Below are positions 35,630 through 47,934 of a DNA stretch of 64,000 nucleotides, in pieces. Under the pieces are notes generated by a model, which saw nothing but the letters and a program-made list of their open reading frames with translations, ran no database searches and had not been told where the DNA came from. How positions within the stretch are numbered: the stretch's first letter is position 1; each line of letters starts with the position of its first letter. The stretch is from Octopus vulgaris (taxonomy: Eukaryota). Both the position numbers and the translations under genes were made by a program. The stretch is taken from contig OX597821.1 in assembly GCA_951406725.2 (NCBI GenBank), positions 24,056,001-24,120,000 on the forward strand, given 5' to 3'.

Positions 35630-38312
35630 CGCTTCTCACACACAGACGAAATAGTTAAAGCAAACATGGTACATGGTCCATGTGGGCGTGGATTCAACAT
35701 AAACACACCATGCTTGAAGGACAGCATATGTTCAAAAAGATTTCTAAGAAGGTTCCTACAAGAAACTCAGACAGGTGCTGATGGGTATCCATCATACAGA
35801 CGCAAAAAAACAGAAGACGGAGGTTTCACAGCAACTATCGGACAGCACGATATTGATAATAGATCGATTGTTCCATACTACCCACTCCTGTCAAAGACTT
35901 TCAATGCCCACATAAACATTGAGTTTTGCAACTCCGTTAAATCCATCAAGTACGTTTGCAAATATGTAAACAAGGGTTCTGACGCTGCATTGTTTGGACT
36001 TCAACCAGAATACTGCCAGGATGAGGTGACGCTTTCCAATTCACCAACGACACCCCGCCATTCAACAGCTTGCAGTGCACCTGGAAAATGGTCAAAGAGT
36101 GTACTTCACCGATGCTAATGCTTCTCTGTTGGCAGAGGAACCAAGGGATAGCACACTCAATGCATTCTTCAAGCTTTGTCAAGTGGATCCATTCGCTCAA
36201 ACCTTGCTGTATCTACATCCACAGATTCCATCGTACTACACTTGGAATGAAAAAAAATGGGCCCCACGGAAAGCAGGTCAAAATGTTCATGGATACCCTG
36301 GCATTAAGTTTCACACTTGCCTTGGGCGAGTATACACAGTGCATCCCACTCAACAAGAGTGCTTCTACATTCGTCTACTACTGCATGAGGCCAGAGGGCC
36401 AACGTCTTTCCAGGCCCTAAAAACCGATCATGGACATGTCTGCACAACATACAGAGAAGCCTGCTATCGACAAGGTCTGTTAGAAGATGGTGCACAATGG
36501 GATGCAACTTTAGGAGAGGCTGCTTTATCACAATCACCTAAAAGTCTCAGGGCACTATTTGCAGTATTACTACAGGCATGCGAACTGTGTGATCCGGCCA
36601 CTCTATGGCTCAAATATAGAGACAACCTGGCTGAAGACTTTCAGCGCCAAGCTCAACTGCTCTATCCTGACATGGAGGGAATCAGCAATGAAATCTATAA
36701 CAAAACACTCATTGACATTGAAGACAGAATTGCTAAACTGGGTGGAAATGAATTGTCGACGTATGGCCCGCCACAAGCATTCAGGTCAGGGTCAAATAGC
36801 CTTCCCACTGCTGTCATTCGTGAAACAACCTACGACACTCAATCGCTTTCAAATACATTGTTGAAAATGAGCCTAAATTACTTCCGGACCAACTGCAGGC
36901 CTACAGAACAATTCTTAACAGTGTACACCAACGCGAGGGACAAATCTTCTTCCTCGATGCTCCTGGAGGGACAGGAAAAACATTTATTACAAAGCTTCTC
37001 CTTGCAGAAGTTAGGTAGCATCAGGACATTGCAGTAGCTGTAGCCTCCTCTGGCATTGCAGCTACTTTGTTACCCAGTGGCAGGACAGCACACTCAACTT
37101 TTAAACTCCCTCTCAATTTAGCAGCATCCGAAATGCCTTCATGCAACATCAACAAAAGCTCAGATCAGGGACAAGTACTTAAAATGTGTCATCTAATTGT
37201 CTGGGATGAGTGCACTATGGCTCACAAGGAAGCTTTGGAAGCATTAGATAGAGCCCTGAAAGACATCTGAGACTGTCAGGCTCCAATGGGAGGTGTAACG
37301 CTTTTGTTGTCAGGTGATTTCAGGCAAACTCTTGTCATTCCGAAAGGCACTAGAGCAGATGAAGTCCAAGCATGCCTAAAGTCCTCTACCCTGTTGAATC
37401 ATGTTACAATCCTCAGTCTCACCACTAACATGAGGGCTCAGCTACACGGCGACAAAATGTCCACAAAGTTTGCACAGGACATTTTGAAGGCAAGTGAAGG
37501 CAAGATGCCTCTCGATGCTGCAGGACAAATGGAAGTGTGGTCATTTTCCTCTGTTGTTAATTCTGTAGATGACCTCAAAATCAAAGTCTTTCCCAACTTC
37601 ACGCAAAACTACCAAAATCACAATTGGCAGTGTGAAAGAGCTCCAAAAAACGTCGCTGTTAACAAAATTAATCAACAGCTAATGCATTCTCTTCCCGGCA
37701 CTATACACACTTACAAGTCTGTTGATACAATTCCAGATATAAATGAAGTTGTGAACTATCCTCCTGAATTTCTCAATTCACTGGAGCCTCCTGGACTACC
37801 TCCACACATATTAGCACTTAAAGTTGGAACTCCTGTAATGCTACTCCGCAATCTGGAACCACCAAGAGTTTGCAATGGAACACGACTGGTGATAAAGAAA
37901 ATGATGTCACATGTTATCGAGGCGATCATTCTTTCTCGACGTGGAAAAGGTGATGACGTCTTTATTCCAAGAATTCCTCTTACTCCATCAGGAACAGAAA
38001 TTCCATTTACATTCAAAAGACTGCAATTCCCGCTTCGTGTCAGCTTTGCCATGTCCATTAACAAATCTCAGGGTCAAACCCTCTCTGTAGCTGGTCTTCT
38101 GTTGGAACAGGCCTGCTTCTCGCATAGGCAACTGTATGTTGGCTGCTCAAGAGTAGGAACCAAAAGAAACCTTTTTGTATATACTCCACAAGGAAAAACA
38201 AGGAACATTGTTTACAACGAGGTGTTATAATCTCAACAGCCAGGAGGTATATACATGATCCCCTTTTTTTAACAAACTTCATGTACTTTCATGTATTTAT
38301 ATTAATATACAA

Positions 38313-38349
<37 letters not shown>

Positions 38350-38438
38350 TGTGTGTGTGTATCCATATATATATATATATATAACAGAAAAGTCTAATTC
38401 TTCAATTGAATGTAACCGAGGAACGCCGGTCTCTGCTA

Positions 38439-38439
<1 letters not shown>
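35630..38439 (+). mobile_element. Helitron, 5'-truncated (Rep C-terminus + PIF1 helicase pseudogene to 38230)
   Basis: MVHGPCG, HINIEFC, KYVCKYVNKG, HLENGQRVYF, DAPGGTGKT, ASSGIAA, GRTAHS, DECTM, GDFRQ, LCNGT-like, MSINKSQGQT. 3' accgaggaacgccggt hairpin followed by CTAG|T at 38436-38440. Confidence 0.92.
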
Positions 38440-38514
<75 letters not shown>

Positions 38515-38619
38515 ATATATATACATATATATATATGTATATATATGTATATATATGTATATATATTTATATATGTATATATATGTATATATATGTATCT
38601 TTATATATGTATATATATA

Positions 38620-39156
38620 CAAATTGAGATAGGGGTTGTAAATACAACCCTCCATGGGATAACATATATCCAATATACTGCTAGTGAAGTACCCTATAGA
38701 TGTATATGAGACATTTGCAAGGGTATCGTAGGGCCTCCTCGGAGATATACATATACATATGAGTGCACTCATATGTATATTTATATCTCCGAGGAGGCCT
38801 TGTGATGTTTTTGTGAGTGTCTCATTTGTATCTGTGTATTGACCTACCATAAAAGGCTAATATTGGTAAAATGAGACATACTTATCTACATGGCCGAAAC
38901 AGCTGTAAGATGTAATCTATACTTATATTTATATTTACTTATATTTATATTCTCTTTTATATATATTCTATTTATTATACAACATTACTCTGTTTTGTAC
39001 ACTTTTTTATGTACATTCCTTTATGTACACTGATTTGTTCTGCTTTTTATATTTAACCCTACAGTCTCTTATGTGGTGGTTTAATAAAGTATGTGATTGA
39101 GTATTATCTGGTAATTGATATTTGATTTAGATGTATTTCTCCATTTTCTTATCTTG
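38620..39156 (+). mobile_element. (TA)n-inserted non-coding element with hammerhead and long hairpin (Penelope pLTR/retrozyme-like)
   Basis: Ends confirmed by the deleted copy at 761-943. Confidence 0.8.
38782..38914 (+). ncRNA. Type I hammerhead with 92-nt loop II; core variant CCGAGGA
   Basis: tatatct-CCGAGGA-ggcc-(92 nt)-ggcc-GAAAC-AGCT-GTA-agatgta; 7-bp stem I. Confidence 0.7.
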
Positions 39157-39211
<55 letters not shown>

Positions 39212-39290
39212 ATATATGTATATATATGTATATATATGTGTATATATAAGTATCTATATGTATATATATATATATGTATATATATGTGTA

Positions 39291-39346
<56 letters not shown>

Positions 39347-39348
<2 letters not shown>

Positions 39349-39708
39349 AATAAGAAAATGGAGGAACAGATTCATTTCAATCATCAACTTACAGATATTA
39401 CCAATTCATATTATTATTAACTACATAAATAGGAACATCCAAGTCCAACAAAATAAAGCAATATACATCAATAAGCAAGATAATACCATAAAAATAATAC
39501 ACATAAAATGGATCTTACAGCTGTTTCAGCCTGTAGATAAAGGTATCTCATTCTGCCTATATTAGTCAGATGTATTGAGGTAATATGCAGTTAAAAATGA
39601 GTTACTTATATATATATATATCTGAAGGCCTCATCAGAGATTTTATTGTACAATTATAAAGATATAAAAAGCAAATATAAATATGAAACAAAATACACAG
39701 ACACAAGA

Positions 39709-39709
<1 letters not shown>
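39347..39709 (-). mobile_element. Related (TA)n-flanked element, opposite orientation
   Basis: Shares the ctccattttcttat.tg 3' end and the ribozyme with 38620-39156. Confidence 0.7.
39512..39641 (-). ncRNA. Type I hammerhead (intact core) with 93-nt loop II
   Basis: Minus strand: atct-CTGATGA-ggcct-(93 nt)-aggct-GAAAC-AGCT-GTA-agat. Confidence 0.78.
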
Positions 39710-39770
<61 letters not shown>

Positions 39771-40541
39771 TAAGTGTATATACATATATACATATATATA
39801 TACATATATAAGTATATATATAATAATATACATACACATAAGGTATCTTTATCCTTTTACATCATACAAAAGATATATGCATGTACATATGTAGATTTCA
39901 CAGATCAAGAGGTAAGAGACAGGCCGTTAGGGGCTATGCTTACGTTATTATTAATATAGTATTACAGTGGTTTAAAATCTTACGGGGGGTAGGGGAGAGA
40001 TTATTTACAATCTCAAGCTAAATCCAATTGGTTGACACATTAGAATTCCATTGTCTTAGTTACGGTTGGTTGATTACATATATGCGCATACACACACACG
40101 TACACATAGATATGCATATGTACATAAATACACACATACATACATACATACGTACATATCTATATACACATATACATATATATATACATATACATATAAA
40201 TATATACACCCACATACACATATACATATATATACATACATATACATACTAACTAAAATAATAATATTATCAACCATTTAAAGTGAAAACTATGCTAATT
40301 CTTAATATATATATATGTACATATATATATATATATATATATATTTATTAGCTTGGTGATAACTATTAATATCCAGTACCACTGCCGTAGTCTCCTCTAG
40401 AGAGACTTAGAAATATTAATATTTCTATCATGCATATATATATATATATATATATATGAAAACCAGTGGATGTATTCAACTGAATTTAGGTAAATAATCC
40501 TTCGAACAGTCAGTAGCGACGCATGATGGGTTTGGCTGCTC

Positions 40542-40580
40542 TGCACTGATAAGGGGCAAATACCCTGAAACTAGTCTGCA
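40542..40580 (+). ncRNA. Minimal type I hammerhead with G8A core change, in a (TA)n-flanked element (~40458-40752)
   Basis: tgca-CTGATAA-gggg(caaata)ccct-GAAAC-TA-GTC-tgca. Confidence 0.65.
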
Positions 40581-41324
40581 AATGCCTGACCAGCAAGGGG
40601 AAGTGGCTGACCTCCCCTGTTTGAAGGTTATAATGGACACAGGTTTGTGTGTCACATAGCTAGCTAGAGGTGATTGCCTCTTGGAGCTAATCAACAGCAG
40701 CATTCGTCCTATATTTCTGGACTGCCATATTAGCTTGGCAATAACTATTAATATATGTATATATGTGCATATATATATATAGAGAGAGAGAGGGCGAGGA
40801 GAGGGCAAGAGAGAGAGAGGGAGAGGTTTGCTGATACAAACATGAAAAATATAACTCAAAACATGAGTATATATTTTTATTAATACTTAACAGAAGCAAC
40901 AGAGTGAGACAATGGCTGAGAGTTTCATGTATTACCACTTATCAAATTAGTTATGTATATATATATATTTATAGAAGGTTGATTGTTATGGTCAGTCAAA
41001 GAAGGACCATTAGTTTCGCACCTATAAAATGCTTGGCTGTTTGGGTGACTCATAACATTTAAATGACTGGTGGCACCTAACCTCTGCAATTGGAGTATAT
41101 ATATATATGTCATCAAATACCAACCAATAACCTCCCTTTCATCACCACTAAAATGACCCAATTTTAATTGTTCTTTTAATCATTAATTTAATAGCCTTCG
41201 TAAATACTAAACAAGTTTTAGTGTGAAAGGTTGGTAGACTTCTAAGTCATCAACTCTAGTGGGAAAATATTAACACTATCATTTCTATAACTTTTATTCT
41301 CAATAACCTTTAAATTCAGATACT

Positions 41325-41720
41325 CTCTATACTTTTTTACTTGTTTCAGTCATTTGACTGCGGCCATGCTGGAGCACTGCCTTTAGTCGAGCAAATCGAC
41401 CCCGGGATTTATTCTTTGTAAGCCCAGTACTTATTCTATCGGTCTCTTTTGCCAAACCGCTAAGTGATGGGGACGTAAACACACCAGCATCAGTTGTCAA
41501 GCAATGCCAGGGGGACAAACACAGACACACAAACATACACACACATACATATATATATACATATATACGACAGGCTTCTTTCAGTTTCCGTCTACCAAAT
41601 CCACTCACAAGGCATTGATCGGCCCGGGGCTATAGCAGAAGACACTTGCCCAAGATGTCACGCAGTGGGACTGAACCCAGAACCATGTGGTTGGTTAGCA
41701 AGCGACTTACCACACAGCCA
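41325..41720 (-). mobile_element. SINE family A
   Basis: Multicopy match. Confidence 0.9.
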
Positions 41721-41729
41721 TATCTCGGC

Positions 41730-42922
41730 TCAAACAAAACTTTATTAATCAAAATAAACACCATCAGAATCAACACACTTTTGCCGACGCAAAACAAGTT
41801 TATTTATGCCAGTAGTGTAAAAATCCTGTGTTCTGATGGAATGAAGTCATTGAAGGTGTGTTTGGCATCGTCTTGGTTTTTGAAGCATTTCTCATGCGGG
41901 AAGTTGTCGAGATGCTTGAAAAAGTGGTAGTCAATAGGCGAGACGTCTGGTGAGTATGGTGGATGAGGCAGAGTTTCGTAGCCCAATTCGTTCAACTTCT
42001 GCAGGGTCAGTTGTGCAATGTGCGGCCAAGCATTGCCATGGAAAAGAATTGGTCCTTTTCTATTGACCAATGCTGGCTGTTGTTGTCGGAGTTTCTTATG
42101 CCTTTCATCCATTTACTGACAGAACTTCTCCACCATAATGGTTTTGCCTGGATCCAAGAAGCTGTGATGGATGAGACTGGCCACAGTCCACCAAACAGTC
42201 ACCATGACCCTCTTTTGGAGCAACTTTGGCTTCGGGAAGTGCCGTAGAGCTTTGTCGGCGTCCAACCACTGAGCTGAGCATTGCCAGTTGTCGTAAAGAA
42301 TCCACTTTTCATCGCTAGTCACAATCTGGTTGAGAAATGGGTTGTTCTTGTTGTGTAAAAGAAGGGAAGATGACACTTCAAAACAGTGTTTTTTTGGTTG
42401 TTGTTCAATTTGTGCAGCACCCATTTCTCAAATATTTTTGCTTTTCCAATCTCTTTCAAGTGGTTGAAAATTTTCGTATTTGTTATGTCTAATTCAGAAG
42501 CAAGCTTGCAAACAGTTGTGCATGGATTGGCTTCAACTAAGACTCTTAGTTGATCGTTGTCAACATCCGATGACTGACCACTACACTTATTATCTTCAAG
42601 GCTCTCGTCACCTGTACAAAATTTCTTGAACCACCATTAGTGGTTTCTGGGCCAAATGCATCGTTGATATCACAAACTGTTTCAGCAACTTTTCGGCCTA
42701 GCTTGAACTGGAATAAGAAAACTGTGCGAATTTGCTTTTTGTCCATGTTGTATTCAACGTTCTGGAAAAAATGGCCTAATTATTCAAAACGATTAGATAG
42801 AGTGAAAAACAGGCTTTAAAATGATATATAAAGTCAAATTAATTTAACGGAAATTAATTTGAAAATATGTCATTTAAAACCAAAATTTAAAATTCCGCAA
42901 GTACTTTCTTGACATTCTAATA
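41730..42922 (-). mobile_element. Mariner (DD34D) element, degenerate transposase from ATG 42746
   Basis: MDKKQIRTVFLFQFKLGRK, IVTSDEKWILYDN, VMVTVWW, FHGNAWPH, HPPYSPDVSPIDYHFF; TIR-like end at ~42890-42920. Confidence 0.9.
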
Positions 42923-42951
42923 TTTCATTCAGTGTAACTAACCTCCAGTGA

Positions 42952-43252
42952 AGGCGCATGGCTCAGTGGTTAGAGCATTGAGCTTACGATTGTGAGGTTG
43001 TGAGCTCAAATCCCAGACTGGACTACATGTTGTGTTCTTGAGCAAGACACTTTATTTCACGTTGCTCCAGTTCACTCAACTGTAGAAATGAGTTGCGATG
43101 TCACAGGTTCCAAGCTGTATTGGCCTTTGCTTTTCCCTTGGATAACACTGGTGGTGTGGGGAGGGGAGGCTGGTATGCATGGGTGACTGCTGGTCTTCCA
43201 TAAACAACCTTGCCTGGACTTGTGCCTGGGAGGGTAACTTTCTAGGTGCAAT
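42952..43252 (+). mobile_element. SINE family C, CpG-decayed
   Basis: Colinear with 13167-13470. Confidence 0.85.
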
Positions 43253-43254
43253 CG

Positions 43255-43790
43255 TTACTATCAGTCTCTTTTGTCAAACCGTTAAGTTATGGTGATGTAA
43301 ACACATCAACATTGGATGTCAAGTGATGGTGGAGGGACAAACACAGACACACAAATACATGTATATATATACATATATATATATGACGGGCTTCTTTCAG
43401 TTTCCATCCACCAAATCTACTCACAAGGCTTTGGTTGAACAGAGGCTATATTAGAAGACACTTGCCTATGGTGTCACGCAGTGGGACTGAACCTGGAACC
43501 ATGTGATTGAGAAGAAAGCTTCTTATTTCTTTATTGCCCACAAGGGGCCAAACATAGAGGGGACAAACAAAGACAGACAAAGGGATTAAGTCGATTACAT
43601 TGACCCAGTGCATAACTGGTACTTAATTTATTGACCCCAAAAGGATAAAAGGCAAAGTCGACCTCGGCGGAATTTGAACTCAGAACGCAGCGGCAGACGA
43701 AATACCACAAAGCATTTCGCCCGGCTTGCTAACGTTTCTGCCAGCTCACCTGTGTGGTAAGCAAGTTTCTTACCACACAGCCACACCTAT
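43255..43790 (-). mobile_element. SINE family A host with nested SINE family B (43526-43750)
   Basis: Degenerate target duplication ..aagcttctta / ..aagtttctta. Confidence 0.8.
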
Positions 43791-44296
43791 ACCTATTATG
43801 ATAATGTTATGATGATCATGTTTTTTTTTGTTTGTTTTTAGGCATAATGTATCAAGAAATGTAAACATCATATCAACGTTTCGTTCAAGTGGTGACAAGT
43901 GAAGCTGAGGAACATTAACATTAACATACATTTGCTCAGATACACACACACACTCAACACACACACTCATATACATAGGCACATACAAACACTGGGTTGC
44001 CTATGGGTATATTTATAAATATATTAAACATACTGAAGTGTATTTACATCACGTACCTGCATTGGCAAGCCGACAAATTCCCATCCTTACAAAACATGTT
44101 TACTTTTGGTTATGGTAAATGTGTTTTACTCAAACTTTCATCCTGAATTGTTCATACCAAGTATGATATCCTATAAACACTTTCAGGGAAGATTTTGTAC
44201 TATTTGTTTAAAATAATTTTCTCAGCTTTGATTATTGACATGAACAGCTCTTGTTGAATGAATAGATTTTATAAGCAATATAAAAAAGGAATTTGT

Positions 44297-44485
44297 GTAG
44301 CCCACAAGGGGCCAAACATAGAGGGGACAAACAAGGACAGACAAAGGGATTAAGTCGATTACATCGACCCAGTGCATAACTGGTACTTAATTTATTGACC
44401 CCCAAAAGGATGAAAGGCAAAGTCGACCTCGGCGGAATTTGAACTCAAAACGCAGCGGCAGACGAAATACCACAAAGCATTTCGC
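44297..44485 (-). mobile_element. SINE family B, truncated
   Basis: Near-identical to 43536-43719. Confidence 0.85.
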
Positions 44486-45076
44486 ATATTACTTTTAAGT
44501 TAGGTCTATATTTCACGGCCTAGTGGTTAAGGTGTTGGACTGACAGTCATAATTCAATTCTTGGACTGGGTTGCATGTTGTCTCTTTGGGAAAAATACAT
44601 TATTTCATGTTGCTCCAGTCTGCTGAGCTGAAATTGATACTAGCCAAGTTCTGGTATGGTCCTCTATCTTTCAAATGGTCCTCTATCCCTCAAATCCTGG
44701 ATACTCCCCTGGATCAAAGATGAGAAGAGTCTGTGTTTGCAACTATGTAGGTCCTAAAGCAACTAATGTTACACAGTCATACTCTTTTGCAAGTAACACC
44801 TTTTTTTTTTTGGTGATGTTAGAAGGTTGTAGAATATTTTATATTATTCTATACAAATGGTAAAATAGTTAAAATAACTATTTAAGCTTAAAAAAATGTA
44901 ATTTCAGTCAACAACCAATGTACAATCTTGTACACTTATTTATTAATTGTTTCTTCTTTATAGCAAGTACAGTGAAGGCTGTGCTTTGATGATGAGATCA
45001 CAATAAGACTGTAACATGTGTACAGTTGTCTTTTGTACTTATTAGAAATAATTCAAATAGTATTGTTCATTAATGG

Positions 45077-45365
45077 AGGCACATGGCCTAGTGGTTATAG
45101 CAGTGGAATCATAGTCAAGGGATCGCGGGTTCAAATCTCAGACTGGGTGATGTGTATGATTATGAGCGAAAACACCTAAGCTCCACGCGGCTCCAGCAGA
45201 AGGTAATGACGAACCTCTGCTGACACTTTCGCCACAACTTTCTCTCACTCTTTCCTCCTGCATCTTGCAGCTCACCTGCAACAGACCAGTGGGGAACCTA
45301 TATGCCAAGGAAACCAGGAAACCAGCCCTATGAGCCAGGCGTGACTCGAGAAGGAACAAACAACA
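45077..45365 (+). mobile_element. tRNA-derived SINE (further family)
   Basis: tggcctagtggtta A-box, ggttcaaatc B-box, (CAA)-rich tail. Confidence 0.65.
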
Positions 45366-46001
45366 AACAACAAAAACATTGATCATTAACTTAGGTTTGT
45401 TTGTACTTTTTTTTCATCACTGAGTCTTCTATGCTTGAGAAAACTCATCAAACCAAGTGAACTCATAGTCATGGCCATTTCCAGTGTCATGTAAATTGCA
45501 CCTGTATTGGTGGCACTTAAAAGGCAGCCATGGCACTCTTGGAATGGTTGGCGTTTGTAAGAGCATTCAGCTGTAGAAACCATGCCAAGTCAGATTGGAA
45601 CCTGGTGCAACTCTCCAGCTTACCAGTTCCAGACAAACTGTCCAACCCATGCCAGCATGGAAAGTGGACATTAAATGATAATGATGATGATAAGGATGTT
45701 ATTATTTCTAGTTAACTCTTTTAATTCTCCTTGAATCAAATATAGTAACACAAATTTTAAAATAAATATTTTACTCATTAGATCTGGGAGGAAGAGGCAT
45801 TGCCCAAGATTTTTGCAGGCTCTCCAAGGCTGGTGAGCTCATTATCATTAATGTTCCTTTTAAACTGTTACAGGTCAACAGATGTAGCAAAAAGATGAAT
45901 AGAAAAAAGATTTCAGGGGAACAATGCTCTGGGGAAGAAAGGATTGGGAATAATGGTTAGTGATGAGAGGTGAAAAGACAAAGGAGTTGGTATATCTAAA
46001 T

Positions 46002-46220
46002 CAGTGGTTTTCAACCAGGGTTCCGCGGAACCTTAGGGTTCTGCCAGTACAGTCCAGGGGTTCCGCAAGAAGTTACAAAACTGCTAAAATCGGCAGTAAT
46101 TTTTAATTCTCCTGTGCAGATATGTATGCATAAGACTATTAAATTATTGCACAGGGGTTCCTCGAGCTAGTGGAGTGTTTCCTTGGGGTTCCGCTCCAGC
46201 AAAAAGTTTGAAAAGCACTG
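46002..46220. mobile_element. hAT (Charlie-like) MITE
   Basis: CAGTGGTTTTCAAC / TTTGAAAAGCACTG; 8-bp TSD atctaaat/gtctaaat; second copy at 56880. Confidence 0.9.
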
Positions 46221-46589
46221 GTCTAAATGATAAAAGTACAAGACCAGCCCTTTAGCTCTGAGGAATGGAGGAGGCCATTATAGTAGTGATAAAAATGACA
46301 ATGAGGTGAAGCAGCAAACCTGTAGACTATTTAATGTCTGTTTCACATTGAACTGTAATTAGTTGAGTAGCTCTTCTGTGAATGTGGTCCATGATGTGTG
46401 TGTGTGCATAGCAGCAGCACTGTTCCAGATGGTTGGAAAAATATTCCATTAGGTGTAAATATTATTATTTTTCATTTTTGGCTCCCAACATTAAGTATAT
46501 TAACATCCACAACAGGCAGTTTATCAATTTATCCACATATTTATAACTAATTAGCTTTCTAATGCTCTGCTTTATTAAATATGTTAACA

Positions 46590-46741
46590 CTTACTTACCT
46601 GTCTATCTAACAGTCTGTCTGCCTGACTACCCATCAGTCAGCCTGTCTGTCTGTCTCTCTCTCTGTTTGTCTAGATATCTGACTGCCTGTCTGTTTGCCT
46701 GCATGTCTGTCTATCTGTTTGTCTGTCTATCTGTCTGTCTT

Positions 46742-46818
<77 letters not shown>

Positions 46819-46980
46819 TTTTTTTTTCTTTTGTTTTGTGTTCTCTTCATCCCCCAAAAGAAAAGCTCTACCTTGTAACTTGTCCCATCTGTGTGCAGCC
46901 CTGTGTGGCCAATAAAGAAACTTATCTATCTATCTGCCTATCTGTCTGTCTATCTATATATCTGTCTGTCTGTCTGTCTA
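46590..46980. repeat. (TCTG)n/(TCTA)n microsatellite containing a Tx1-like 3' end fragment (~46820-46920)
   Basis: ..cagccctgtgtggccaataaagaaa embedded in (CTAT)n. Confidence 0.7.
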
Positions 46981-47022
46981 ATCAACTATTTCTTGTTAGC
47001 TTTCTAATACTTCATGTGTTAA

Positions 47023-47242
47023 CCCTTTAGTGTTTAAACCGGCCATATCTGGCCCAGATATTCCACATGTTTTATATTCAAACTGGCCAGATCCAGCCTC
47101 TCACACCTAACCTACATTGACATTCTTAAAATAAACAATCATGTCATTGAAACCTCAAAGCTATAAGATAATGCATGATTAATTAAAAGCAAGTTGAGTG
47201 AAAAAGTATTACATTTAACAGAGTAATCTGAACACTAAATGG
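47023..47242. mobile_element. piggyBac-like MITE
   Basis: TTAA flanks; ccctttagtgttta / tgaacactaaatgg. Confidence 0.75.
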
Positions 47243-47336
47243 TTAAAGATGTATTAGATATGTGAGCATTGACTTATTTGTCTATCTGTCAGTCTTCCTC
47301 CTGCCTACCTAAATATCTGACCATAATCTATCAGTT

Positions 47337-47740
47337 TACTCTTTTACTTGTTTCAGTCATTTGACTGCGGCCATACTGGAGCACCACCTTTAGTCGAGCA
47401 AATCGACCCCGGGACTTATTCTTTGTAAGCCCAGTACTTATTCTATCGGTCTCTTTTGCCGAACTGCTAAGTGACGGGGACATAAGCACACCAGCATCGG
47501 TTGTCAAGCAATGCTTAGGGGACAAACACACACACACAAACAAACACACAAACATATATATATATACATACATACACATATACGACAGGCTTCGTTCAGT
47601 TTCCGTCTACCAAATCCACTCACAAGGCATTGGTCGGCCCAGGGCTATAGCAGAAGACACTTGCCCAAGATGCCACGCAGTGGGACTGAACCCGGAACCA
47701 TGTGGTTGGTTAGCAAGCTACTTACCACACAGCCACTCCT
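47337..47740 (-). mobile_element. SINE family A
   Basis: Multicopy match. Confidence 0.9.
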
Positions 47741-47934
47741 GTTTGGTAGACTATTTATCAATCAATCTAGCCAGCTAGCCATGTCTGTCTGTCTGATGAA
47801 AAATCGGCTGGTCTGTCTGTCTGTCTGCATGCACTTAAATACTATCTGCAGCGCATCATTGCACTGTAGTGTACTGTTTTTGAACCATTGCTCTAAACAT
47901 GAAATAATAATAATAATTAATGATAATAATAATA

